Part shown: positions 52,246-64,000 of the stretch, in pieces
How the letters are laid out: each line of letters starts with the position of its first letter
How positions within the stretch are numbered: the stretch's first letter is position 1
Source of the DNA: Blasia pusilla
Lineage: Eukaryota
NCBI GenBank assembly: GCA_050084515.1
Contig: CM114271.1
Span: forward strand, 16,616,001-16,680,000
Direction of reading: 5' to 3'
DNA: 64,000 nt
The notes under the pieces: generated by a model
Database searches by the model: none
The model's input: the letters and a program-made list of their open reading frames with translations, nothing else
What the model was told of the DNA's origin: nothing
Made by a program: the position numbers and the translations under genes

Positions 52246-55090
52246 GACGCCCGCCACCCAATCGGGATCGGAATTCGGCGGGCTCGATTTCTGGTGCTCC
52301 GGCGAGAGCTCCTGGGAAGTTCTCACCGGCGGCTGGATGGACGGAACTCGGAACGTGGGACGGAGGACGGAGGACGAGCCGGACTCGGAGCGCACTTTCG
52401 AGGTCGAGAGGACGGCTGGCGCGGACAGATGTCGCGCGCTGGCGGGCGATCCTCGGGGAGGGGGGGGGGGAACGAAAGGGCCGCACTTTTCTTGTACAGA
52501 TTCATTACAATTGTATGTTAAGGGATATGATAAATTTTGGATGGGCATCTCAACGCTCTTCCCATGTGGATGTCTGGCTCCGTTTGAGTCTATGGAATTG
52601 TGCCAAGTGGCGCATGCTCATTGGCCCAGTCATGATAATAATTTCTGTCATCTACAATATTATTAGCAAATGGGGTCTCTATTATCATCTCTCTATCCGA
52701 CACCTGTCCTTTTGGGTTTTCTATGGTCCTGACACAAGTCCCCTCTAATAGTTAGTTTCATCTAATTAAATTTTATGAGAAGGAAGACGTCTTGCACTCA
52801 TGGAATCGTGCCCGTGCCTCACGAGTGAAAGATGCATTGACTAGTTGCTAATACTGGTGTAGGCAGATTTAAATACTTTTCACAATTAACTTTCAATTAT
52901 CTACAAAAATGTCATCTTAAATGAATTTTTGAATGACCTCATTGGTGCAATGATTCATGGGCTAAAAATGCCAAGTGGATTGAGGTGTTTGTAAATGTTT
53001 GTAAAATAGAAGAGTATACAAAACAAAAGTTCACTCTCCAATAATTTATAATATTAAATATGATGGGGTTAGAGAAACCCTTTTCTGATATTGACACTTA
53101 TCCTTCCAAACCTCTTGTGTGATGACGCATGTCAAATTGAAGGAGTAGTTAATTTAAGAGGACTAAAGACTTGATTAAGGGTTAAAAAAATTTCACCTCA
53201 CACAACTCAAAGCAAGCAATACAGATTAGTATTTCCTATTCTTTTGGGAAAAAATTATCAACATAGACACTCTATGTCCATGTGAAGGGATATACAATAG
53301 TTCTCAACCATTTTAATTATTGCATCGATAAGGGAATAATGTGAGGCTTATGTATAGTCCAAGGCCTCAAAATGAATGGGAAACCTAAACCAAATACTAG
53401 CTACACTAAATATCATGTGTCCATCGTAGGTTTCAACATTGCCAACGTTGGTGAGGAAAAATTGCAACATTATGGAAATGATGTCGAGATCTCGCAAGGG
53501 GGAAATCTTCACAATCTCACCTAACTTTGATGGTGTTTGGCCAACATATGACCATAAGGCCGGATTTCAAGTCCTATGCTCCATCTTTTCACTCAATTGT
53601 TGTCATTTGGTATTATGAATGCATGATGGTATGGGAACCAAAGGAGGTAAAAGGGACTTACTAGGAAATGGGAGGGAATTACAAGGGTATCACATCATAG
53701 TTAGTCGACGGTAAGTTATATTTGGTCCTTTGCACCATTTTTCTTTTGATTTTTTTTATCTTTGTATTGATGTGTGAGTCTATAGTTGTGTATGTACGAA
53801 TCTTCTTGTATATTGGGAAGATCCATAGTCTTTGTTTTGACAAATATGAACAACGATGTAAATTGTATAGCGATATGATGCATATGACAAGGGCCTCGTT
53901 TGAGCTTCTTGTCCCCTCTTTCCATGCATGTCTCCTTTTCTTGGCTTCCTTATAATAATCCAATTGTATACACAAAACACTTTAGTATATCGACAAAAGG
54001 ACCTCAAACTGAGATAGTAAGAATGGCCACTACAACATTTCTGCCCTCTTTATATACTTTTGAGTGATCCTATATGCATTGAGTATTTACACTATCAACT
54101 CTACAAAAACGAAAAATGTTCCTCAGAAGACCAATTTGTAGTTTAGAACCTCGGTGATTCGAGAGCCGATATGATTTGTAGAAATCCTTTAAGCTTCACT
54201 TGGCTTTTAAGATCTTAAAGTGGCATCGACGCCAAAATCATAACCACATCCAAATGTTCAAACATTAGCTCTTGTATTGCTCAAATTCCTTGTTGGGGGA
54301 AAAGTAATATGAATAAGAGCATCCCCCTTTGTAGTGGGGTAAGCTGCTCTTGCCCGTATTAATTTCCCCCATTTTTGGGAGCTCAACAAGGATGGCTCGT
54401 GTCTATGTTTATATCTTTATAACCCATTTTTTTTTATAGAATTGCTACTTATCTATATGTGAGTATCAAACACAATTTTGTTTTAAAAAATCTTGGTTCC
54501 ATCATTTTGGAAGAAATTAGTGCCCTTTATGTGAAGAATACATTGCTAACCAACATATATTGGCTATCATCGACATATGGCTCAAGTCCATCCTAGGATC
54601 CATCTATCTTATGAATCTTAGAACATCTATACACGAATGTCTGGATGCAACGAATAAGAATCTTCTTTAGATGTAAAATCTTAGAATGGTAGATTCTTTT
54701 AATTTTCTAGCGTTAACTTCATTCCCGATGTGGTTCAAATACATTCATATGTAATATTCTGCTTATGCTAAAGAGATGTGAGTCAATTAATTCCTAGTAC
54801 TTTCAAATTTTAATTTCAATATCAATCCTAACCCACGGTTTACCACAATATATGCTCAATGAACAAAAATAACCTAGCTGCAATATATCATGAATCCCAC
54901 TTTCTAGGTTTAATATCTAAAGATGAACTTCAAATGAACCTCTTCAAGAGTATATCCCCTTCCGACAACTCCACGATAATATGTGTGTAGATGTTACCGC
55001 TATGATAACATGCCACTTTCTACTTTGAGTACATATTGTATTCTCTTATGTAACACTACACCTAATCATCTAATAAGGAAAAGAGATACA

Positions 55091-55288
55091 TCTATATTAT
55101 TATTGGAAAATGTCTTATTGATTTGCAAACACCTCTCTGCTTGACATGTGGCAACCGGCGGTAAGAATTTTTATTTTATTTTATGGGCAACAAGAAAATG
55201 ATTCTTATTCCACGGACAACAAGAAAAAACATTTGTGTGCAACGTGATTAGTCCTTAACTCGCGTGCATGGCACGAGATTCACAATAG
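55091..55288 (+). mobile_element. Non-autonomous mini-Helitron
   Basis: A|TCTATATTATT start, CGTGCATGGCACG hairpin, ends ATAG|T. Homologous to 32660. Confidence 0.6.
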
Positions 55289-55423
55289 TAAGACTAGTTA
55301 GCATGCTCGAGCTAACGCACAAAAATGATGACTATTATTACTTAGAAATATTTTTTATTTCAAAAATTAATTTTAATTTCCTTTTTTTAAAATCTTAGAA
55401 GAGTAATAACATTCCGCTTTTGA

Positions 55424-55890
55424 AATAATTCTACTCATCAATTAAAATTTAAATAATACCCAAATCCCCTAAATAATTTCACTCCTCCATAAAAATTTGA
55501 ACAACACCTACTCTTTCCCTTCCATTCTTCCCACCAAAACAAAATCTGTTAACTAAATTATTAGATAATTTTAATAAGTGATATCGCGTCTCTTTTTCAT
55601 TAAAATTCATTTTCCTTTCCCAAATTATGAAATTATAATTTAATATAAATTTTTTAAAAATCATACTTTTAATTTTAAATTTTAAAATAATTTGTATTTT
55701 ATTAAATATTAGAGAAATAATAAAATTCCACTATAATAAATAATTCCACTCCTAAATTAAAATTTAAATGAAACCCCATTCCCCTAAATAATTTCATCCT
55801 TCCATAAAATTTAAACAATATCTACTCCTTATCCATTGAATAAGTGATATCGCGTCTCTTTTCGATTCAAATTCATTTTCCCTTCCCATT
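55424..55890. repeat. AT-rich direct duplication
   Basis: Shared cccctaaataatttca and aataagtgatatcgcgtctctttt segments. Confidence 0.7.
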
Positions 55891-57248
55891 AAATATGAAT
55901 TAATAGAATTTTTAAGTTTTCTATTAATTTTCTATAATTATCCCACTATTTTATTTTATTTTTCACCTAGGATCACCCATTATAATATAAATGAAATTAA
56001 TTAATAAAAAAATATTGCTCTTTTTCCTTATTATCCCACTATTTTTTATTATTATACATAGAGGGTCGTCCATTATAATATATATATAGATGAATAAAAG
56101 AATATGAGGAAATCGATCGAAAGTAAAAGGATGGAGGACTTATAGAATCGGGGAACATTGAGGCCACACTCTGCCGAGGGAGAAGGAAACATGAGGAACC
56201 CTCTAAATCTAACTCCACCAACATTAAAAATAATATCTATGACGGCAGAAAAAACATGACTACCAACAAGAGAGCATCTAACCATGACATCTCCCATATC
56301 ACGAGCTTATTGAAGAAGCCAATTGGATTGGACATATTGTACCATGATGGAGATTCCATGTGTAATAAAATATGAGAACTACATGCACAAACAACAAGGC
56401 AAGGCCTCTCATAAGAAGAGACTCCGTCTACTACCACTTTTCTTAAGCTTAAATGGAACCACTACATGCAAAGCACACAATAATGTGTTACCAAACACAC
56501 AAGGGAAGGGTGACTTATACACACATTTCCCCTCTAATACAGTAGGTCATTATGACCTCCTAAAATGAGAACTGTAAGGAACCCTTCTAGTCCTTGATGT
56601 AATTTTGGATAGTTCTCTAAAATCATAACAAATTTCTCGTCGAATCTCATCTTCATTTAAAATTCTCCCATATTCCGATGGGAGAAAAAAAACTCCTCTG
56701 CCTACTTTTGAAAAAAAATTCTTTTTCCCTTGTTACTTATTTCGAGAAATTTGTTCCCTATCTTCCTTTGAAACTAAACATTAAAATCTTACCCTCTTTC
56801 CATCCCTTACAAATAAATTCCTTCCTTTATGAGTCCCATTCTTTCATCCCTTTTCTTACCACTACTACATATTTCAAAATAGTGTTCCCCATTGAGTATT
56901 TTATCCTCTAGTTACTAGTGCATAGTGCAATAATAATATACATTATTAATTTTAGTAAATTATAAATTAGAAAATTTTGCTATCTAATTTCCCTTTTTTC
57001 TGCATCCATATGTTTTCTTGGTTAAAGAATAAATATATTTTTAAAACAAAACTTGTTAATTTGGATAAGGAAAACATAAAATATGGAAATTCCCACTCTT
57101 GTTGCTTATGCAAAAATTGTGGGAATGACCACAAAGAGAATGAGGGAGTCTCATCTCTATTTTATTATATGAAATAACATATGACTATTCTTGCCTTACA
57201 ATCCATACAATAATATAAAGCGTCAAATGTCTCTTCTTTTCCATTTTG

Positions 57249-57251
<3 letters not shown>

Positions 57252-57279
<28 letters not shown>
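57252..57279. repeat. (TA)n microsatellite
   Basis: Seen directly. Confidence 0.95.
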
Positions 57280-58676
57280 CTTACTTTCCATGATCAAAAT
57301 TTGATATCAATATTCTTTGCTAAAATTTTCCATATTCATTTTTTTGGGACTTGTTTCTCCTCTTGCCATAATTGTTCTCCATGCTTCTCTTTTTGCATAA
57401 GGTTGAGACTCTACTCTACATTACAAGGTATATGCATTTTCTCCATCACTCAAGAATTATACTCTATATCTTTATACTATTATTGCCATTGAATGTTGAA
57501 GGAATTTTAAATACTCCATAGATGCCAAACATCCTCTTTTCTATCTAATGCCAAATTAGTTCGTGTTACTTTTTATTTAAGAAATTCCTATACATTTTTC
57601 ATCAAAAGTTATTTGTATTTCTTAGAATTATTCAAGAAGTTTTTTTTTGCTAGAATTACTTTCATGTGTCATAAGAGCCATTAAGCTAGCACATTATTAA
57701 CAACGTTAGATTTCTAGAGACATAATAGTATAACGTGCCATTTTGTTTCAATCATTCAATTTATTTCCCTTACTTGAATTTTTTCATATGAAATTTCAAT
57801 TCATTTCCCCCTTGTCAAGAAAGGGGTCATTTCCCCCTTGCTTCCTTGTCCATTTTCCCTTTCTTCTCTATTTCTCAAAAATTTCTTACATAATTATTTT
57901 TCTCATCAAGATTCCTCACGTGACTTGAACATTTTTTTTGTAAGAAATTCAAATTAGTGGCTCTTCTTACTAATATAGTAATTTAAATACGAAGGTAACT
58001 TTTTGTGGGATTATGACATGGTTATAACCAATCTTTTTCCATTGATATAATATTTTAATTAAACATCAAAGTGTAAATTATTATTAGAAAAACTTCTGCC
58101 ATATAAGTTGATGCATCCTATTAATTGGATTTTATATGATGGGATACCCTTAGGGCATCTTAAACACAATTATATTTGCATAATTTTTTGTAAATTCTTT
58201 GTGGGTCCATTTTCTAGTTTGCTACTACTTCATAAGACTTGCATCAACTTTCTTGTGGAGAAAATTTTCAAGTACTATACGAGTATGAGAACAAAAATTG
58301 CAAATTACTTGTAAAGATCAAATCAAATAGTTTATGAGTCTCTTGCAATATTTACTTGTATGCAAAACCCTATAAAATAACTTCCTTTCTGAGTGCGCTA
58401 TGATCTCAAAAGAGATCATAATGCACTCAGAAATATACAAACTTATGTAATTAAACCCTAATTCCCTAATCATGACCACTCTTTTTCCAATTTCTCTCTC
58501 AACTGTCAATCTCCTTCTCTTTTGAAGCTAGTTCCTTTCATTTAGTGGAGCTCAGCTAAGCCTCCTTTTCTTTTCGAATCTTCTTTTCGTTTTGTTTGAT
58601 AGGAGAGAATCCTTGGGAGAGTAAGAATCATAGTTAAATGTGGTAGTTATAAGAAAAGGAGGACCCATAAGAATAT

Positions 58677-58820
58677 AATCGTCTGCATACATGTCATTGC
58701 AAGAATATATTTTCGTCACCATCCATACACAAATAAATACAAGTACTATAATCACTCATGACATTTTGTACAAACATAGATGATCATTTACCAAAATGTC
58801 TCCAATTATCTCATAGCACA

Positions 58821-58888
<68 letters not shown>

Positions 58889-59301
58889 ACCCTTTATCCT
58901 AATAAGAGGCTTGGATTACTTATAAGGCAAGAAGAATCATAACTCTACTACCTTATGAAAGGGTCTTCAACAAAGAGAGAATGAGCTCTCAAGCTTACTC
59001 TCACTAACTATACTTCTTCACTCTCCCCTAACTTTCTTCTTGGTTAATTTGTGCACATGGGCCATCTCTTAGATTCTTAGCCTATAGTGGTGGATCAAGG
59101 GTCACTTTCCCTAACTGAAAAGTCAACTTTTCTCATAAAAGAAACTTATCCGAAATAGTAAACTTCTCTATAATCTGTAATTGATCCCAAACTAGGGGAA
59201 AACAAACTTTCTCAAGTTATCTTGGACCTCTTAAAGTTGATCTTTGACCTCCTTGAAGGTATCCTGCCCATACTTGTCGATATACTCCTAAAGACTTGAC
59301 A
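58677..59301 (-). mobile_element. Old diverged solo A-B unit of the DNMT-gypsy family, with expanded (CT)n at 58824-58887
   Basis: Colinear with 4947-5572 (accaaaatgtctccaat, cctaataagaggcttgg, ttcaacaaagagagaatgagctctcaagct) and ends GACTTGACA. Confidence 0.7.
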
Positions 59302-59496
59302 ACATGGTTTTTTGGACCAATACATTTTATAGACTTTGTAATTATTTTTTTCCTAATTCTATTTATATTTTGAAGTTAATCATGCTTACAATTAATGTAT
59401 ATCATGCCTAATTACTATTTTTTTCTTTTGCAATGCATCATTCAATACCTCATCCAAGTAAGGAAGAGATTAGCAATAAGCATACGATGATATCTA

Positions 59497-59498
<2 letters not shown>

Positions 59499-59545
<47 letters not shown>
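59499..59545. repeat. (CT)n microsatellite
   Basis: Seen directly. Confidence 0.95.
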
Positions 59546-59551
<6 letters not shown>

Positions 59552-59741
59552 GAACATTGAGTGATCATCAACCCATAGATAAAATCATTAAGATGTAGAT
59601 TAAATAGACTATTCTATTTATGTATATATCAATTTATTTGGGCATCAACATTTGTATTCATGAACTTTGTATAAACATGTTAAAACTTTGCAAGAAGGCC
59701 CGATTCACTCTATGTTTTGTGTATAGTTCTATGAATAGATA

Positions 59742-61885
59742 CTAGTACTATGGTGCCCGTGCGTTGCACTAGGCTCAAAAGATTGTGTTTACATCAAACA
59801 TACATATGTTGAATCAATGTTAAGGATGAATTTACACTTAATATATTGTGTCAAAATTCATATTTAATTTCAAAATTTAATGACATTGAACAACTTGACA
59901 ACAATTCATTCAAAAATTCCTTTATAAACAACATTGCGTATAAACACATCTTCACAATTCGATTGAATGTCATTTCCAGCCATAATATGTATCAAACTCC
60001 TTGTACCTACTCTAGATAAGGCCACATACAATGGCCATGAGAAAACACATTTGTGGGCAAGTATATGCCCACCTTTCGAAATGTTTGACCTTGAAATTTG
60101 TTAAAAGTCATGGCAAAAGATGGTTGTATTGGGAATTGAAATCTTTGTTAATCAAATGGAAGGCCCGAGTCAAAAGAAACCAATGGAATCCGAGGAATAA
60201 AAATTTGATCTCCAATATGGCTCCCTATCACGATTTCAGCATCTATAATAGTTTGAGAAAATCCTCAAATTACCAACCTGGTACCATTTTCTTGTCCTTT
60301 AGCACCATTAATGTTTCTGAGTAACATGATGGGAGCACCAATTTTCAAGGTTAGACGAAGCGGCGGCAAACCAGATGGAAGACACGTGTTCAAAAACTTT
60401 GTAGGATAGATGTGACTCATTCCATTATCTGATATTGAGTCATAACTCAAGTATGTATGTTCCTGTAGACGCACGCAAGCACATAAACATTAGGTTGATA
60501 CAATATTTTTAGTACAACATGTAGTTGCATTGTTTCTGTTACACAAACTAAAAAAATTACCACTTTCTTACCTCTTCTTAGCATGGCGACATCACTTCAG
60601 AATTGATTTCATCCACATCCGTGTTTCTTGGAGTCAATACAGCAGTGTCTCGTAGAAAGTGAACATCTTTAAATTTGTCGATATCATTTCCATATACTAC
60701 TGCAATAAGGTCACTTTTTTTCTTCTCTTTACATACCATATCCAACGGTACTTCAATGATGTCTTATCCTAAGTTACGATGAACCTGCTCACGACCTTCT
60801 CCCACTTGAAATAACCAATTCGTATTTCTTGTTGATGGAGACCTATCTCCCCAATTAAATTTTAAACTCTCATGTTTGTTGTAAGTTTCATCAACCTCAC
60901 ATGAGACCAAAATGATGATCTCTTGATAGTTGCACGTAGAATTTATGGTCGATCACCATGGAAAACTACAAGGACTTGCCAAAAATCTCCATAATTTTTT
61001 TTAATTTTCCACCAAATGGCAGCTCTCTAAGTTTTTCACATACATGTCATGCGCATACACATTGCTACACAACATACATCGCTGTCATCGAACACACACA
61101 CCAACACGCACGATCCCATGCTAACTCATGGCATCCAAACAATGAGACAAGAAGTACTAAAATATCTCCAATTAAAGTAAGATCCAATCTCTCTCTACAC
61201 CATCTCACACCATAGCTCTCAAAGGTGTGCACTCTCTCTCATGTCAAACCAAACCCACTCTCCTAATGAGAGGCTTGGATTACACTCACAAGGCAAGGGA
61301 CCATAGCTCCGCCGCCTCATGCCAAGAGGTTCAACAAAGAGAGAATGAACTCTCAAGCTCTCTCTCCTTGAGGTATACCCCTCCCCTCTCCCAAGCTCTC
61401 TCAATGGTAATCTATTCTCCCAAGTCACCTCCTTGGCTCTTGACCTGATGTAGGAGGTCAAGGGCCACTTACCAAAAATAGAAAGTTGATCATATACTCG
61501 AGATGGTACTCACCTAAAATAGTAAGTTCCTCAATATGGCTCCAAATCAGCCGAAACGAAGGGGAAACCTGCTCTCTCAGGTTTCCCGAGGCCTCAACAG
61601 GTCATCCTCGACCTATTGAGCATGTCATCCACTACTCACGAAGGCGCTCTACTAGATCTCATCGATCTATCCTAAAAGACGTGACATACGACTCCCAGAA
61701 TATCTTGAAGAGTTCGATTGACACCCTCAAATGCATGGCAATGAGCCATAGGTGCCTCATCCCATTTAATAATGATTGCATTTTGAATGACACGTGCCTC
61801 TTCACTATTAATAGATATCCTATACGTGGAGGTTTCATTCAACGTAATAGGAATTTTATAACTTGAATATGTTGTACGTCCACCT
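59742..61885 (-). mobile_element. Helitron 3' remnant (Pif1-like helicase fragments), interrupted
   Basis: LPSGLPP...LKIGAPIMLLRNI...NGTRL and ELPFGGK. 3' end has a GTGCAACGCAC hairpin and CTAG|T at 59742. Confidence 0.85.
61045..61686 (-). mobile_element. Solo A-B unit (TGTC...GACA) with 4-bp TSD
   Basis: Near-identical to 4947-5572, flanked by TACA/TACG. Removing it restores Helitron helicase coding sequence. Confidence 0.9.
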
Positions 61886-62206
61886 TGTCGTGCGCATACA
61901 CATCGCTACACAACATACATCGTTGTCACCCAAGATACACACAAACACGCACGATCCCATGCCAACTCATAGCACCCAAACACAAAGGCGAGAAGTACCA
62001 TAATATCTCCAATAAAATAAGGTCAAATCTCTCTCACAACACCATAGCTCTCATATGTGTGCACTCTCACATGTCAAACCAAACTCACTCTCCTAATGAG
62101 AGGCTTGGGTTACACTCACAAGGCAAGGGACCATAGCTCCGCAGCCTTGTGGGAGGAGGGCTACGTTTAAGGTATCGTGTGCATACACATCGCTACACAA
62201 CGTACA
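61886..62206 (-). repeat. Partial terminal-repeat fragments (A plus part of B; then a short A start at 62173)
   Basis: Homology to A and B, starting TGTCGTGC at 61886. Confidence 0.8.
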
Positions 62207-64000
62207 TGTCGTGCGCATACACATCGCTATACAATATACATCGCTGTCACCGAACACACACAAAAACACGCACCATCCCATGCTAACTCATGGCATCCAT
62301 ACACAAAGGCGAGAAGTACCAAAATATCTCCAATAAAATAAGATCTAATCTCTCTCACAACACCATAGTTCTCACATGTGTGCACTCTCACATGTCTCTC
62401 TCAATGTCAAACCAAACCCACTCTCCTAATGAGAGGCTTGGGTTACACACACAAGCCAAGCAAGACCATAACTCCGCCGCCTCATGCCAAGAGGTTCAAC
62501 AAAGAGAGAATGGGCTCTCAAGCTCTCTCCTTGAGATATACTCCTCCCCTCTCCCAAGCTCTCTCCATGGTAACCTATTCTCCCAAGTCACCTCCTTGGC
62601 TCTTGACCTAATGTAGGAGGTCAAAGGACACTTACCAAAAATATAAAGTTGATTGTATACTCAAAATGGTACTTATCTAAAATAGTAAGTTTCTCAATAT
62701 GGCTCCAAATGAGCCGAAACGAAAAGGAAACCTGCTCTCTCAAGTTTCCCGGGACCTCAGCAGGTTATCCTACTGACTCTGTCCTCTGCTACTCACGAAG
62801 GCACTCTACTAGGTCTCACCAATCTATCATAAGAGACGTGATAGTTGTCGTGCGTATACACATCGCTACACAACATACATCGTTGTCACTGAACACACAC
62901 ACAAACATGCACGATCCCATGCTAACTCATGGCATCCATACACAAATGCGAGAAGTATCAAAATATCTCCAATCGCCCTCCTAGCTGGTGGTTAGGTCCC
63001 TCTAACTTTAGATAGCCATCTATCCCTACCTACCACGACGTACATCTCTAGGACACTAAGAGCAGAAAGTCCGGGTGCTCATGTGGCCCCATCGTTAGTC
63101 GCCTTCCTGTCATCCATGTCACAGAAAGATTCGGAATCGAAACCTACTTAGTATCTCCTCTATGTACATCTATATGCCAACCTCTCGAACATCCATCACA
63201 GACTAGCATCGTGGCCGCACCACGGGCAGAACCACACAACATACAACGCAAGCCTGCAAGAACTATTGCTAAGCTCGGATCTACTGTACCATCAATGTTA
63301 GGAAGGTGACATGATGCACAATTACGCACATGGTCCTTCCATACCATACCATACCATATCATCGCGTCCCTCCAGCAAGAGAACACCGCATAGCAAAACG
63401 TCACGCACTCTCAGGATAGTGCACCATGCAGTCACATCCAACGTCGTCGGTGCCGTTTTCTGCAAGTAGACATAATCTCCCTGATGAAACCTCCGGAGAG
63501 TTGGTCGATAACCACCACCCCGAATAGTAGCATACCTCAATGTATCTCGATGATGCGCAATCGCCAAGTTCTCGAATACCATGGCCATCACTCTCCAAAA
63601 GAACTCAGCCCTTTGAGAACATGCTTGCATCCATACATCTGGGTCATCAAGATCCAGGACCTCACCAGCATCTCGACGAATGGCCGCATGTAAATCTAGC
63701 TCTCGGCCATAAAGTAGCAAGTACGGTGAAAAAGATGCTAAGGATGCTTGCCTGCTGAATCTGTATCCCATCGCCAACCAGGGCAACTGGAGGTCCCAAT
63801 CTCCTAGGTGACCTCTCTGCAAGCCAAACTTGCGTAAACTCCTCTTCACCGTCTACACAACTCTCTCTGCTAATCCATCCGCCTCGGGATAATCTCGCGA
63901 AGTTGTGCGGTGGTCGATCAGCGCCTGATCACACAAGGCCTGGAACTCACCGCGAAACTCGGTACCTTAGTCTGTCAACACCTCAGCTGGTGCGCCGTAA
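62207..64000 (-). mobile_element. Copy 3 of the PHD gypsy element (3' part; runs off the window)
   Basis: A-B (62207-62843), GT spacer, A (62846-62973), PPT, PHD with internal deletion, integrase core. Confidence 0.92.

Noticed and set aside
51943-52548. Overlapping antisense ORFs at the DVR 3' end
   Set aside because: Expected by chance in GC-rich coding and UTR sequence.
56150-57150. Possible MULE/SWIM zinc-finger remnants
   Set aside because: Only weak Cys patterns in short AT-rich ORFs, which is insufficient evidence.

Overview
Eukaryotic, intron-containing DNA from a plant. Gene and TE content suggest a non-seed land plant such as a bryophyte (inference). There are five host genes: a TLC-domain membrane protein, an inositol monophosphatase (VTC4-like), RPL18, an F-box/JmjC protein (JMJ22-like) and DVR. 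They sit among TE debris: an RLE-type LINE, a decayed chromovirus, a Helitron and mini-Helitrons. The standout is a Ty3/gypsy-type retrotransposon family with three coding copies and several solo or partial terminal units. Its pol carries a DNMT3-like cytosine methyltransferase between protease and RT, and a PHD finger after the DDE integrase. Its repeats are split or permuted (B-internal-A-B-A), with the TGTC...GACA termini lying inside the replicative LTR as a GACA-NN-TGTC junction. Its PBS position is complementary to the predicted 5' end of its own RNA (Tf1-like self-priming). Together these suggest, by inference, a self-priming, methyltransferase-carrying LTR element that integrates from a circular intermediate. 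All copies here are decayed.
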